Assembly (NCBI GenBank): GCA_035291665.1
Contig: DATDRP010000003.1
Location: forward strand, 212,549-276,548
DNA length: 64,000 nucleotides
Direction: 5' to 3'
Origin: Patescibacteria group bacterium
GTDB taxonomy: Bacteria; Patescibacteriota; Microgenomatia; UBA8517
Part shown: one piece after another, positions 40,498 to 48,559 of the stretch
How positions within the stretch are numbered: position 1 is the stretch's first letter
Layout: each line of letters opens with the position of its first letter
The notes under the pieces: model-generated
What the model was told of the DNA's origin: nothing
Databases searched by the model: none
The model's input: only the letters and a program-made list of their open reading frames with translations
Position numbers and translations under genes: made by a program

Positions 40498-42039
40498 ATG
40501 TCTCAGAGTAAAAAATCTTATTTTCTGCAAATTCTTGCCGTTGCGGCAATATCGCTTTTTGTGGTTCTCCCTACTCTTATCGGGGTATTTCACAAAATCC
40601 CAGGGAAAACTTTTACCGGCAACACGTTCTATTTTGACCCTTGGGATGTGAATGTTTATGTATCCGCCGTCAACTACTCGCAAAAATTCGGGTTTGACTT
40701 TGAAAATATGTACACCACAGAAAATTTTCCGAACAGAGTAAATTTATATCCTTTATATAGCCTGACCGGAACGCTTTTCAAAAATATAAATCCATTTCTG
40801 GTGTATTACCTACTGATTATTTCCGCAATTTATGTTTTCGTTCTTGTTGTAGGTAAAACCATAAAATTTGTAATTCCTGTTCCTTTAAATAGATTTTATT
40901 TTATTATTTTACTGTCCTTGTCGGGTGGTTTTGGATGGCTATTGTTTGGCAATATTCCGTCGGCGGACATCACCACAACGCCTTTTACTTTTCTAAACAT
41001 GCTTCAAAGGCCGCATGCAACCGCCGCAATATCTTTCTATATCGCCTCTTTGATAAGCTTCTATCGGTTTTCCCAAACCAAGGCAAAGAAATATTTAACT
41101 TTATCGATCATATCTCTTTTTGTATTTGCAATATTTTATCCATATCTTTTGTTAAGCTTTTACGCAACGATTTTTATATACAGTTTGTTTTTATATCATA
41201 CGGAAAAAAACACTCTCGGAATAAAAACCGTTTTGAAAATTTTCTTCTTAACGCTTATTCCTGCCGCTATCTACTCTTTATATATTCTGAAAGGATCTCA
41301 ATTTAAAGGAGTTCTGAGTCCTAACCTGCCAACACCGCAGATTCTATATATTTTCCTCGGCCATGGTGTTTTTTTAACGGGATTAATATACCAGATCTTC
41401 AACAAAAAAAGGTCAAATCTTTCAACTTTTCTTATCATCTGGTATCTTTCGGGGATACTTCTTTCTTATGCGCCAATCTCCTTCTCGAGATATTATTTGA
41501 GTTCGCTTTTTTTCCCTATAACTCTATTACTATACATTTCCAAAAAAGATTTATTAAAGATGATCAAAAGTATCCATCTTCGAACAACGTTGGTTGTTAT
41601 ATTTATATTTTTCGGGACGCTCACCAGTTGGGTAATTCTTTTCGTCAGAATCCTGGCTGTATCGATGTCCAGCAGATGGGCTTACCTTGATGAGTCTTAT
41701 TTTGATATTTTCAAATTTCTCAATAGAAATTCCCCGTCAGGATCCGGAGTAATGGTTACCTACCCTATATCAAACTTTATTCCGGTCTACACCTACAATA
41801 AAGTCTATCTCGGACACGGTGCGCAAACTTTTAACGCAGTTGAGAAAGATGCGTTGCAGAAAAGATTTTACGATCTGACCATTTCAGAAGATGGGTTAAA
41901 TTCAATTATAAAAAGCAATGTTCGTTACGCAGTTGTTGAAAACAATTCGGTTGATATGTATCTGAACCTTAATTCCCAAACAACAAAAATCGGAAGTGTG
42001 TATCAAAGCGGGAACTATACTTTATTGGAATTCAGATAA
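40498..42039 (+). CDS. GT-C-type polytopic membrane protein (DUF2079-like)
   Basis: More than 10 TM helices plus a C-terminal soluble domain. Confidence 0.45.
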   Translation: MSQSKKSYFLQILAVAAISLFVVLPTLIGVFHKIPGKTFTGNTFYFDPWDVNVYVSAVNYSQKFGFDFENMYTTENFPNRVNLYPLYSLTGTLFKNINPFLVYYLLIISAIYVFVLVVGKTIKFVIPVPLNRFYFIILLSLSGGFGWLLFGNIPSADITTTPFTFLNMLQRPHATAAISFYIASLISFYRFSQTKAKKYLTLSIISLFVFAIFYPYLLLSFYATIFIYSLFLYHTEKNTLGIKTVLKIFFLTLIPAAIYSLYILKGSQFKGVLSPNLPTPQILYIFLGHGVFLTGLIYQIFNKKRSNLSTFLIIWYLSGILLSYAPISFSRYYLSSLFFPITLLLYISKKDLLKMIKSIHLRTTLVVIFIFFGTLTSWVILFVRILAVSMSSRWAYLDESYFDIFKFLNRNSPSGSGVMVTYPISNFIPVYTYNKVYLGHGAQTFNAVEKDALQKRFYDLTISEDGLNSIIKSNVRYAVVENNSVDMYLNLNSQTTKIGSVYQSGNYTLLEFR

Positions 42040-42040
42040 A

Positions 42041-42115
42041 ATGCGCAATCGAAAACCCTACCTCAACGCGAGTGCAACGAGCGGAGCGTCAAACGCACCA
42101 ACCGAGTTTGACTAT
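42041..42115. repeat. 75-bp direct repeat, copy 1 (copy 2 at 43026-43100)
   Basis: atgcgcaatcgaaaaccctacctcaacgcgagtgcaacgagcggagcgtcaaacgcaccaaccgagtttgact vs atgcgtaatcgaaaaacctgcctcaacgcgagtgcaacgaccagagcgtcaaacgcaccagccgagtttgactcgg. Confidence 0.8.
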
Positions 42116-42172
42116 ATAGTGTTTAGTTGAATTTATTGAAACTTATTATTAAACAATTTACTATTCTAATGG

Positions 42173-42290
42173 CATCCTCCCCCGAGTCAAACTCGGGGGT
42201 TTCCTCAAGAGGAGGATGACATATCAGAGTTCAATTCACCCTCAGATTGAAAGTCCGGGGTTCTCTTGAACGCTGTTATAGAATTTACTA
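42173..42290. repeat. hairpin-repeat family, full-length copy
   Basis: catcctcc-CCCCGAGTC-aaa-CTCGGGGG-tttcctcaagaggaggatg, acatatcagagttcaattca, hairpin ccctcagattgaaagtccgggg, ttctcttgaacgctgttata. Confidence 0.7.
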
Positions 42291-42905
42291 CTAACTCATC
42301 TTTACTTCTAATAAGGGTTTTCCGTTATCGTCTAGGACCTTTAATATTCCTGTTTGTGTATCCAAGCTGACATCCTTGCCTTCTCCACTACTAAATACTT
42401 TGACATTTTTTATCCCTTTCTTTTTCAAGTATTCAGCTATAGCTTTATTCCAACTTTCTCGATCTCCTTCCAATTCTTGCACGTATGGATCTAAACTGCT
42501 TGTGTCACCTAAGACATAAGGTAGGGCACTTTTGGATAGGTCTGGGACTGCTTCCAATAATTGATCTATAAGTTCTTCATGTCTGTTTCCCCATAAATCC
42601 ACAGCATTTATATGGATAACAGCTCCATTTTTACCAGCATTTTCATACATAGCGATAACTCTACAGGCACCACCCCATGCCTCTAATACAGGACCATCCC
42701 TACCTATAACAAAGGTATCTGCTTTTGCGTAAAGACGGCCATTTTCTCGACTGTGTCCTTCTTGCGTTTTGCCATCTTGTAGAAATGCGGACTCCCCCCT
42801 ATTACGGTTTATTCTCCTTACAGTTTTTTCCTCTGAGTGTGTTTCCATAAGTATTTTAGTTCTAACTTCCTCAATTGTGCGGTGAGGGAGGGTCTCCTTC
42901 GTCAA
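42291..42905 (-). CDS. hypothetical protein (cassette gene between 75-bp direct repeats)
   Basis: 204-aa ORF with a GC-richer, hydrophilic composition unlike its neighbours. No family recognised. Confidence 0.45.
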   Translation of the reverse strand: MTKETLPHRTIEEVRTKILMETHSEEKTVRRINRNRGESAFLQDGKTQEGHSRENGRLYAKADTFVIGRDGPVLEAWGGACRVIAMYENAGKNGAVIHINAVDLWGNRHEELIDQLLEAVPDLSKSALPYVLGDTSSLDPYVQELEGDRESWNKAIAEYLKKKGIKNVKVFSSGEGKDVSLDTQTGILKVLDDNGKPLLEVKMS

Positions 42906-42981
42906 GACTTCGAAGACTAAGGATTCTCAAGTTTTAGTATTCTAATCAAAGCAGCCTGCCGTCCCGTAGCATTGGCGTAGG

Positions 42982-43004
42982 GCGGTGAGGGAGGGATTCG
43001 AACG
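42982..43004 (-). other. partial duplicate of tRNA-Ser(GGA) 3' end (att-like)
   Basis: ggcggtgagggagggattcgaac is identical to the 3' end of the tRNA at 43102-43125. Confidence 0.7.
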
Positions 43005-43025
43005 CACAATTTGCAACACCTTACA

Positions 43026-43100
43026 ATGCGTAATCGAAAAACCTGCCTCAACGCGAGTGCAACGACCAGAGCGTCAAACGCACCAGCCGAGTTTGACTCG
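43026..43100. repeat. 75-bp direct repeat, copy 2
   Basis: See copy 1. Abuts the tRNA-Ser 3' end. Confidence 0.8.
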
Positions 43101-43101
43101 G

Positions 43102-43188
43102 CGGTGAGGGAGGGATTCGAACCCTCGATGGCGTTGCCGCCATACACGCTTTCCAAGCGAGCCGATTAAACCGCTCTCGCACCTCACC
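43102..43188 (-). tRNA. tRNA-Ser (anticodon GGA), class II with long variable arm
   Basis: Reverse complement: acceptor ggtgagg/cctcacc, anticodon loop uuGGAaa, variable stem atggcg-gcaa-cgccat, T arm gaggg-ttcgaat-ccctc. 87 nt. Confidence 0.7.
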
Positions 43189-43429
43189 TCAAATCAATCT
43201 GTATTTTATCACGACTTTATAGTCAAAATACTTCAGTTTGCATAATATAAATAAAATTTTTGAATATATAATCTCTAACATAAAAATGTCAGCCAAAAGT
43301 TGATCCGCCTCTGGAGGACAAATTCAAGTTAGAGGAGTATATTCGAAATTATTATTCTTGTAGGGCTGGGTACCCAGAAAACGGAAGTTTATCGTATATA
43401 AAACGCTTAACGTTTTTGAAGCAAAAAAA

Positions 43430-43915
43430 CTAATATTCTGTTTGCTCAGCTTGTTCATCTTCTGCAAATCTTAATTTCCCTTTTCTTTCTTTGAACCAGC
43501 TTTTAAACATCTTACCGGCATCCCGCAGTATTTGGACTTCTCTTTTAAGGTTCAATTTTTTGGAGGCTTTTGTATTCTCGAGCCACTCCGATTCGGAAAA
43601 CCCAATACTTTCTCCGGAATCCGCACGGTGCAGCATAAGATAGAAAATCTGCTTTTGATTGATTACTTTATCTCCCTTTTTAACGGTAGAATTAATTCTT
43701 CCAACCTCTTCCAGAACTTTTGCCCGCATACTACCCTGTTCACCCATGGTTCGAATGACTGCACGGACTGAAGATTCAGTCTTTCGTACCACGACTTTCG
43801 GAAGTTCCCAGCCGTTATTTTCAGCATTTTTTACGATTAACCATAAAAACTTTCCGTTAAGAACCTTAACAACGACCGCGCCTCCAATAAGCAGAATGTT
43901 TTTAAACATATTCAA
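43430..43915 (-). CDS. hypothetical protein (weakly NUDIX-like)
   Basis: 161-aa ORF. GWELPKVVVRKTESSVRAVIRTMGEQG loosely recalls a Nudix box but does not satisfy it. Confidence 0.35.
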   Translation of the reverse strand: MNMFKNILLIGGAVVVKVLNGKFLWLIVKNAENNGWELPKVVVRKTESSVRAVIRTMGEQGSMRAKVLEEVGRINSTVKKGDKVINQKQIFYLMLHRADSGESIGFSESEWLENTKASKKLNLKREVQILRDAGKMFKSWFKERKGKLRFAEDEQAEQTEY

Positions 43916-44009
43916 ATGTGTATTATATCAGGTTTTGGAAAAATCGTATTTGTAAGAAGCTCAATTCATCACACACAACAAATCCTGGCTCGGAATCGAA
44001 AGAAGAGAG

Positions 44010-44094
44010 CGGAGGTGGTGAGATTCGAACTCACGAGACCCTTGCGAGTCGAGGTTTAGCAAACCTCTGCCATAGGCCACTAGGCGACACCTCC
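44010..44094 (-). tRNA. tRNA-Ser (anticodon GCT)
   Basis: Reverse complement: acceptor ggaggtg/cacctcc, anticodon stem gaggt/acctc with loop uuGCUaa, long variable arm, T arm gtgag-ttcgaat-ctcac. Confidence 0.75.
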
Positions 44095-44161
44095 AGATTC
44101 AATCATAGTATACAGCTAACAGATCTTTTCAGCGAAATAAAAAGTATTATATAATGGATAA

Positions 44162-44713
44162 ATGCCCGAAAGTAATTCTTCACAATCAAAAGACAAAAGT
44201 CCCCGTAGCGGAAGTGTTAACGACGGTCGAATTGAACCTGAAAAGGATCTATATTCCTGGAACGCAGCCTCTCGTCCGTACAAAAAAAGAGATCGCGATT
44301 TTTGGATCACAACAGTATTGATAACGGGAATTTCGGGGATGATACTTTTGTTTGTGGAGGGATTCATGCCCGTAATTTTGATAATTTCGATTATATTTTT
44401 GTATTACATCTTAAACTCCGTTGAACCGGAAATGATTCAGTTTAAAATTACCAACAGGGGAGTCAAAATGGCCGATAAACTTAACGCATACGATGAATTG
44501 GGACGGTATTGGTTCTCCAAGAGGTACAATAATGAAATAATTGTATTTGAAGCGTATACAATCGGTGGAAGGCTTGAAATGGTAATAAACCCAACCGACA
44601 AAGAAAAAATTAAAAAAGCACTCTCGAAATATTTAACTTTTGAAGAGGTTCCGGCTTCAAAGCTTGACCAGGCGACGGAATGGTTTTCCAAAAAGCTTCC
44701 CGGAAACTCTTGA
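44162..44713 (+). CDS. hypothetical membrane protein
   Basis: Two central TM helices. No family. Confidence 0.4.
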   Translation: MPESNSSQSKDKSPRSGSVNDGRIEPEKDLYSWNAASRPYKKRDRDFWITTVLITGISGMILLFVEGFMPVILIISIIFLYYILNSVEPEMIQFKITNRGVKMADKLNAYDELGRYWFSKRYNNEIIVFEAYTIGGRLEMVINPTDKEKIKKALSKYLTFEEVPASKLDQATEWFSKKLPGNS

Positions 44714-44765
44714 AAGCAGGATTTTCGCACTTCAAACTGGTAAAATATCAATGACTTAGCTTTTG

Positions 44766-44837
44766 GCCCCTGTAGCTCAACGGATAGAGCAGCAGTTTGC
44801 GGAACTGTAGATATCAGTTCAATTCTGATCAGGGGCA
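44766..44837 (+). tRNA. tRNA-Arg (anticodon read as GCG)
   Basis: Acceptor gcccctg/caggggc, D arm gctc-aacggata-gagc, anticodon stem gcagt/actgt with loop uuGCGga, T arm atcag-ttcaatt-ctgat. Confidence 0.7.
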
Positions 44838-44875
44838 CTTTATTAGAAATTAGTTATTAGTGTTAAGTTAAACAA

Positions 44876-44965
44876 GGAGGTGTGCCAGAGCGGACGATCG
44901 GGCTTGTTTCGAAAACAAGTATCTCATGTTTAATGGGATCAGAGGTTCGAATCCTCTCACCTCCG
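44876..44965 (+). tRNA. tRNA-Ser (anticodon CGA)
   Basis: Acceptor ggaggtg/cacctcc, anticodon stem cttgt/acaag with loop uuCGAaa, long variable arm, T arm agagg-ttcgaat-cctct. Confidence 0.75.
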
Positions 44966-45024
44966 CTCTCTTCGCTCACTTCGGTGTAAGGGTTCGATAT
45001 TGCGAATCAAGGATTAAAACTGTG

Positions 45025-45047
45025 CAAGGCGAATCTTCTCACATCCG
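45025..45047 (+). repeat. degenerate copy of tRNA-Ser(CGA) 3' end (second copy at 46181-46204)
   Basis: aaggcgaatcttctcacatccg and aaggcgaatcttctcacctccgcc vs the tRNA 3' end ttcgaatcctctcacctccg. Confidence 0.65.
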
Positions 45048-45281
45048 CAGATTGGAACAATTCTCGGGTTTTAAGAGTATGTCATACGACTGTTGAGTGA
45101 AGCTCCAAACAAGCTTTTTGTCCTTAACCATCACGCTCTAACCGACTTTTTCAACCGCTTTGCGTTTTGATATTAAATCACCACTTAAAATCAATTCCCG
45201 AGCTTGGAAAGCCGTAGTTATAAAATCTTCGGCTAGTTCCAACCAATAACGTTGAACATAACCCGTCATCAGTTTTTGAGC

Positions 45282-46133
45282 CTACCTTAAACCCTCTACG
45301 AAGCGTCTATCACCATAATATCGTGCATATGTGGCAAGGCAAAGCCTCGCATAGTCAAAATATGAGGTTTGCCTTTGGAAACCCGTTGGATAGCCATTAG
45401 CTCTTACAAGGTTCATTCCGGCAGCCCAAGCGTTTCTTTCATGAAATAAGTGAATTGTTTTGTCTACTCCATGACTTCGTGCTTCTAGACGAGTGAGTGC
45501 ATATCTTGTTGCTTCAAAAGGTGGTTGTTGTTCCCGAATACCGTACGGGAGTGCGTGGGCTAATTCGTTACCATAGGTTTGCACCATTGCAACAGGTGGT
45601 AAATCCCTTCCCTTTAGTGATATGGCGGCTTTAAGTAATCGCGTATCAAGGTCGTTGTGGAATATCAATACATGACCTAACTCATGATAAGTGGCGGACA
45701 TTCTAGTCATGTTTTCCTTTAACTCATCTACTTGTAGGCCAATGACGTAAAATGGATACTCTCTTCCACTCATGAGCGGGTCATGCGCATAAAACCCGTT
45801 TGTTGTACCAGTAAATAAAACCGGTTTTCCCTTTGAAGTTGTAAGTGATAAGTTAGATTTTCTAATATTACCTTTTTTCCTAACTTGTTCTAATTTTCCC
45901 GTATAAACCTGAATATGGCTAGACATGCCAAATCGTTCGGGCATGTTATACGTTCCAACTTGAGAAAAGGTAAGCCTTGCGTTTGGCCAGACAATTTGTG
46001 CCGGGAGCGGTATATGAGCAGCTTGGTCAATATCAATTTCCGTAAAGCTACTTTCAATCCCACCTTCAATTCGTGCCTCTTGTGGACGGGGTCTTTCATA
46101 ACCACTAGTACCGCTCTCAATTCCCATAATCAC
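45282..46133 (-). CDS. putative HExxH zinc metallopeptidase (cassette gene)
   Basis: YHELGHVLIFHND motif. Bounded by the two tRNA-3'-end-like repeats. Confidence 0.5.
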   Translation of the reverse strand: MIMGIESGTSGYERPRPQEARIEGGIESSFTEIDIDQAAHIPLPAQIVWPNARLTFSQVGTYNMPERFGMSSHIQVYTGKLEQVRKKGNIRKSNLSLTTSKGKPVLFTGTTNGFYAHDPLMSGREYPFYVIGLQVDELKENMTRMSATYHELGHVLIFHNDLDTRLLKAAISLKGRDLPPVAMVQTYGNELAHALPYGIREQQPPFEATRYALTRLEARSHGVDKTIHLFHERNAWAAGMNLVRANGYPTGFQRQTSYFDYARLCLATYARYYGDRRFVEGLR

Positions 46134-46180
46134 ATATTATACTATAAGCTATAATTAAATTAAATGATTTTATGCTTTGT

Positions 46181-46204
46181 AAGGCGAATCTTCTCACCTC
46201 CGCC
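46181..46204 (+). repeat. degenerate copy of tRNA-Ser(CGA) 3' end, distal
   Basis: aaggcgaatcttctcacctccgcc, followed by the GACTCAGACTCGG palindrome-like motif. Confidence 0.65.
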
Positions 46205-46254
46205 GACTCAGACTCGGCTGGGACATTTGAAGTTTTTGTTCAGAGTGGCACAAT

Positions 46255-46935
46255 TTACGCAGCAACGGTCAATCCCCAAACTGTTTTAATACCATTTTCT
46301 TTCAGAACTTTAGCGCATTCTGAAATTGTTGAACCGGTTGTCAGGACATCATCAAATATAATTACAGGTTTTTTGTCATTCGCAAGTTTTTTGTATTTCA
46401 TATTGAATCCAAATGCACCCTTAATGTTGTGAACGCGTTCTTTCCCTTTTAATTCCGCCTGATGCTTGCCTGCCTTTTTACGAAGCAGTACATCCGGAAG
46501 CAGTTTCCATCCGAATTCCAAACTAATCGCTTTGCAAAGCTCGAGGGACTGATTATAGCCTCTCCAGTTATACCGGGAGCGGTTAAGAGGTACAACTGTA
46601 ATGTATGCTTTCTGACCCCGAAAAAGTTTCGTTCGAAGAATTGCTAGGCAATATTTCTTTCCCAACTCTTGCGAAACTTCTCTTACAAAATTATATTTCA
46701 GCCTGAGGAGTGCACTTCTTACAGCCCCATCATAACTCCAGGGGGAATAGGCAAACTCGGGAGAATGATTTGTTATGCACTTTGCATGTGTTAACCCATC
46801 AATTGATTTTTTCTTACATCTGAGGCAAAAAAGCTTTGCGGGTGGAACTTTTGACAAACATCGTGCACATAAATAATTACCTTTTATACCGCATTCAAGG
46901 CAGTTCGTAGGAAAAAGTATATCAAACACACCCAT
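46255..46935 (-). CDS. comF: ComF family protein (phosphoribosyltransferase-type, competence)
   Basis: N-terminal double CxxC zinc finger. C-terminal PRTase motif VIIFDDVLTTGSTI. Confidence 0.75.
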   Translation of the reverse strand: MGVFDILFPTNCLECGIKGNYLCARCLSKVPPAKLFCLRCKKKSIDGLTHAKCITNHSPEFAYSPWSYDGAVRSALLRLKYNFVREVSQELGKKYCLAILRTKLFRGQKAYITVVPLNRSRYNWRGYNQSLELCKAISLEFGWKLLPDVLLRKKAGKHQAELKGKERVHNIKGAFGFNMKYKKLANDKKPVIIFDDVLTTGSTISECAKVLKENGIKTVWGLTVAA

Positions 46936-47091
46936 TCATTTATAATAGAATATATCAAGGAGACAATGATATTGAGATATTTGGATACTAAAACAATTAC
47001 TAATTAATCTAATTTCTAATCAAATCCCAAACCCGAATGTCAAATGACAAAGAAACAATTCAGCAATTTAACAATATAACAATTTACTTAT

Positions 47092-47523
47092 ATGGTAATT
47101 TATAACAAAAAAGCAAAATTTAACTATAAACTGTTTGAAACTTTTGAGGCAGGGATAGTCCTTTCCGGCTCAGAAGCCAAGTCAATTCGGACACATCGGA
47201 TCGATTTGTCCAATTCGTATGCAAAAATCATACAAAATGAAGTCTTTTTGATTAATGCAAATGTCCCGATACCCGGAAAGAAGGATTACGATTCAACGAG
47301 AACCCGAAAATTGCTTCTTCATACACGCGAAATTACGTCAATACAATCGAAGATCAAGGCTAATAAATTGACTCTGGTACCAGTTAAATTGTATAATACT
47401 GGACATCTTTTTAAGCTTCAGCTTGCGTTAGCTAAGGCTAAACGTAAGTTTGAAAAGAAAGATAGTATCAAAAAAAAGGATATTGAGAGGGAAATTTCCT
47501 CTCAGTATAAGAGTTCAGTCTAA
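47092..47523 (+). CDS. smpB: SsrA-binding protein SmpB
   Basis: NKKAKFNYKLFETFEAGIVLSGSEAKSIR is the canonical SmpB N-terminus. Located immediately upstream of the tmRNA. Confidence 0.9.
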   Translation: MVIYNKKAKFNYKLFETFEAGIVLSGSEAKSIRTHRIDLSNSYAKIIQNEVFLINANVPIPGKKDYDSTRTRKLLLHTREITSIQSKIKANKLTLVPVKLYNTGHLFKLQLALAKAKRKFEKKDSIKKKDIEREISSQYKSSV

Positions 47524-47576
47524 GCCTAAGGTGTGTAAAATTTCCTTAGACTTATACCTAAACTTAGACTTTTTTT

Positions 47577-47974
47577 GGGGACGACCGGTTTCGACGGGAA
47601 AGCACCTTAAAAAACTGCAAGCCGAGTTTAATTCACACTCGCTAATAATGGATTAACAAATAAACGCTGATAACGAAAGTTACAGTCCAGAAGCAATAGC
47701 TTCAACTTTGCTCGGTACTAACCAAGCCAATTGGGCATTTGCTTAAACACTGGTGTCGTTTGAAAGGTTCTCAATCGTTTCAAAACGGCATAAACCTATT
47801 GAGATAAGCCAACAGCCGTTGACTGCAAGCTGTAGGTCGAAAAATATTCAGTCTTACTTGAAAGAAGGTCGTTAGTAATCTAACTTTCAAGAAAATATAA
47901 AAATACTAACTAAGCTTGTAAGAAAAGTTTTTTATTTACTTTTTCGGACGAGGGTTCGATTCCCTCCGTCTCCA
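47577..47974 (+). ncRNA. ssrA: tmRNA (ssrA)
   Basis: 5' GGGGACGACCGGTTTCGACGGG. 3' GGACGAGGGTTCGATTCCCTCCGTCTCCA paired with the 5' end. Internal tag ORF ...ANWAFA-stop. Confidence 0.9.
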
Positions 47975-47983
47975 CATATAAAA

Positions 47984-48012
47984 ATCCAGGTATTGCTACC
48001 TGGATTTTTTTA
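47984..48012 (+). terminator. rho-independent terminator of ssrA
   Basis: ATCCAGGTA-ttgc-TACCTGGAT followed by T7. Confidence 0.75.
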
Positions 48013-48128
48013 TGCTGAAAACCAAAGGAGGGATGAGAATTTATTCGCTCACTAGATTTGCGGCTTTGAAATCTTTAGATGAAAAATAAAGCAAACCTAG
48101 TGATATGAAATTTGTCTGAATTTCATAT

Positions 48129-48146
48129 TCCCTCCGTCTCCACCAA
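48129..48146 (+). repeat. duplicate of tmRNA 3' end (ttccctccgtctccacca)
   Basis: 18-nt identity with 47960-47976. This copy carries a full CCA. Confidence 0.7.
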
Positions 48147-48239
48147 GTCGAACTTGGTTTCGCCGAGTCAAAGCGAAAGCAAGGTTGACGCAGGTAGTCG
48201 AGTTTGACTCGACACCTTCTTTTTGTATATATTTTGTTC

Positions 48240-48524
48240 ATGAACAAAACGTCAGACGTTTTGTTAAAATTCTACGTTTATACACTTCTCTCACTAAAGG
48301 ATAAAAAATTTTATACTGGTTACACTACCGACTTGAAAATTCGGCTTACTCAACATTCAAAAGGTTTGGTCAAGTCCACAAAGTTAAGAAGGCCTTTCAA
48401 ACTAATTCATTACGAATATTTTATAAACGAGGAAGATGCAATGTCCCGAGAGCGCTTTCTAAAAAGTGGTTTTGGAAGAAAACAATTAAAAAACGCATTA
48501 AAGAGAACTTTGAGAAATATTTAA
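48240..48524 (+). CDS. GIY-YIG nuclease family protein (UPF0213-like)
   Basis: FYVYTLLSLKDKKFYTGYTTDLKIRLTQH matches the GIY-YIG motif. Start taken at the internal Met. Confidence 0.65.
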   Translation: MNKTSDVLLKFYVYTLLSLKDKKFYTGYTTDLKIRLTQHSKGLVKSTKLRRPFKLIHYEYFINEEDAMSRERFLKSGFGRKQLKNALKRTLRNI

Positions 48525-48559
48525 AATCCAGTTCCGGATTTGCTTTCAGAAACAAACAC

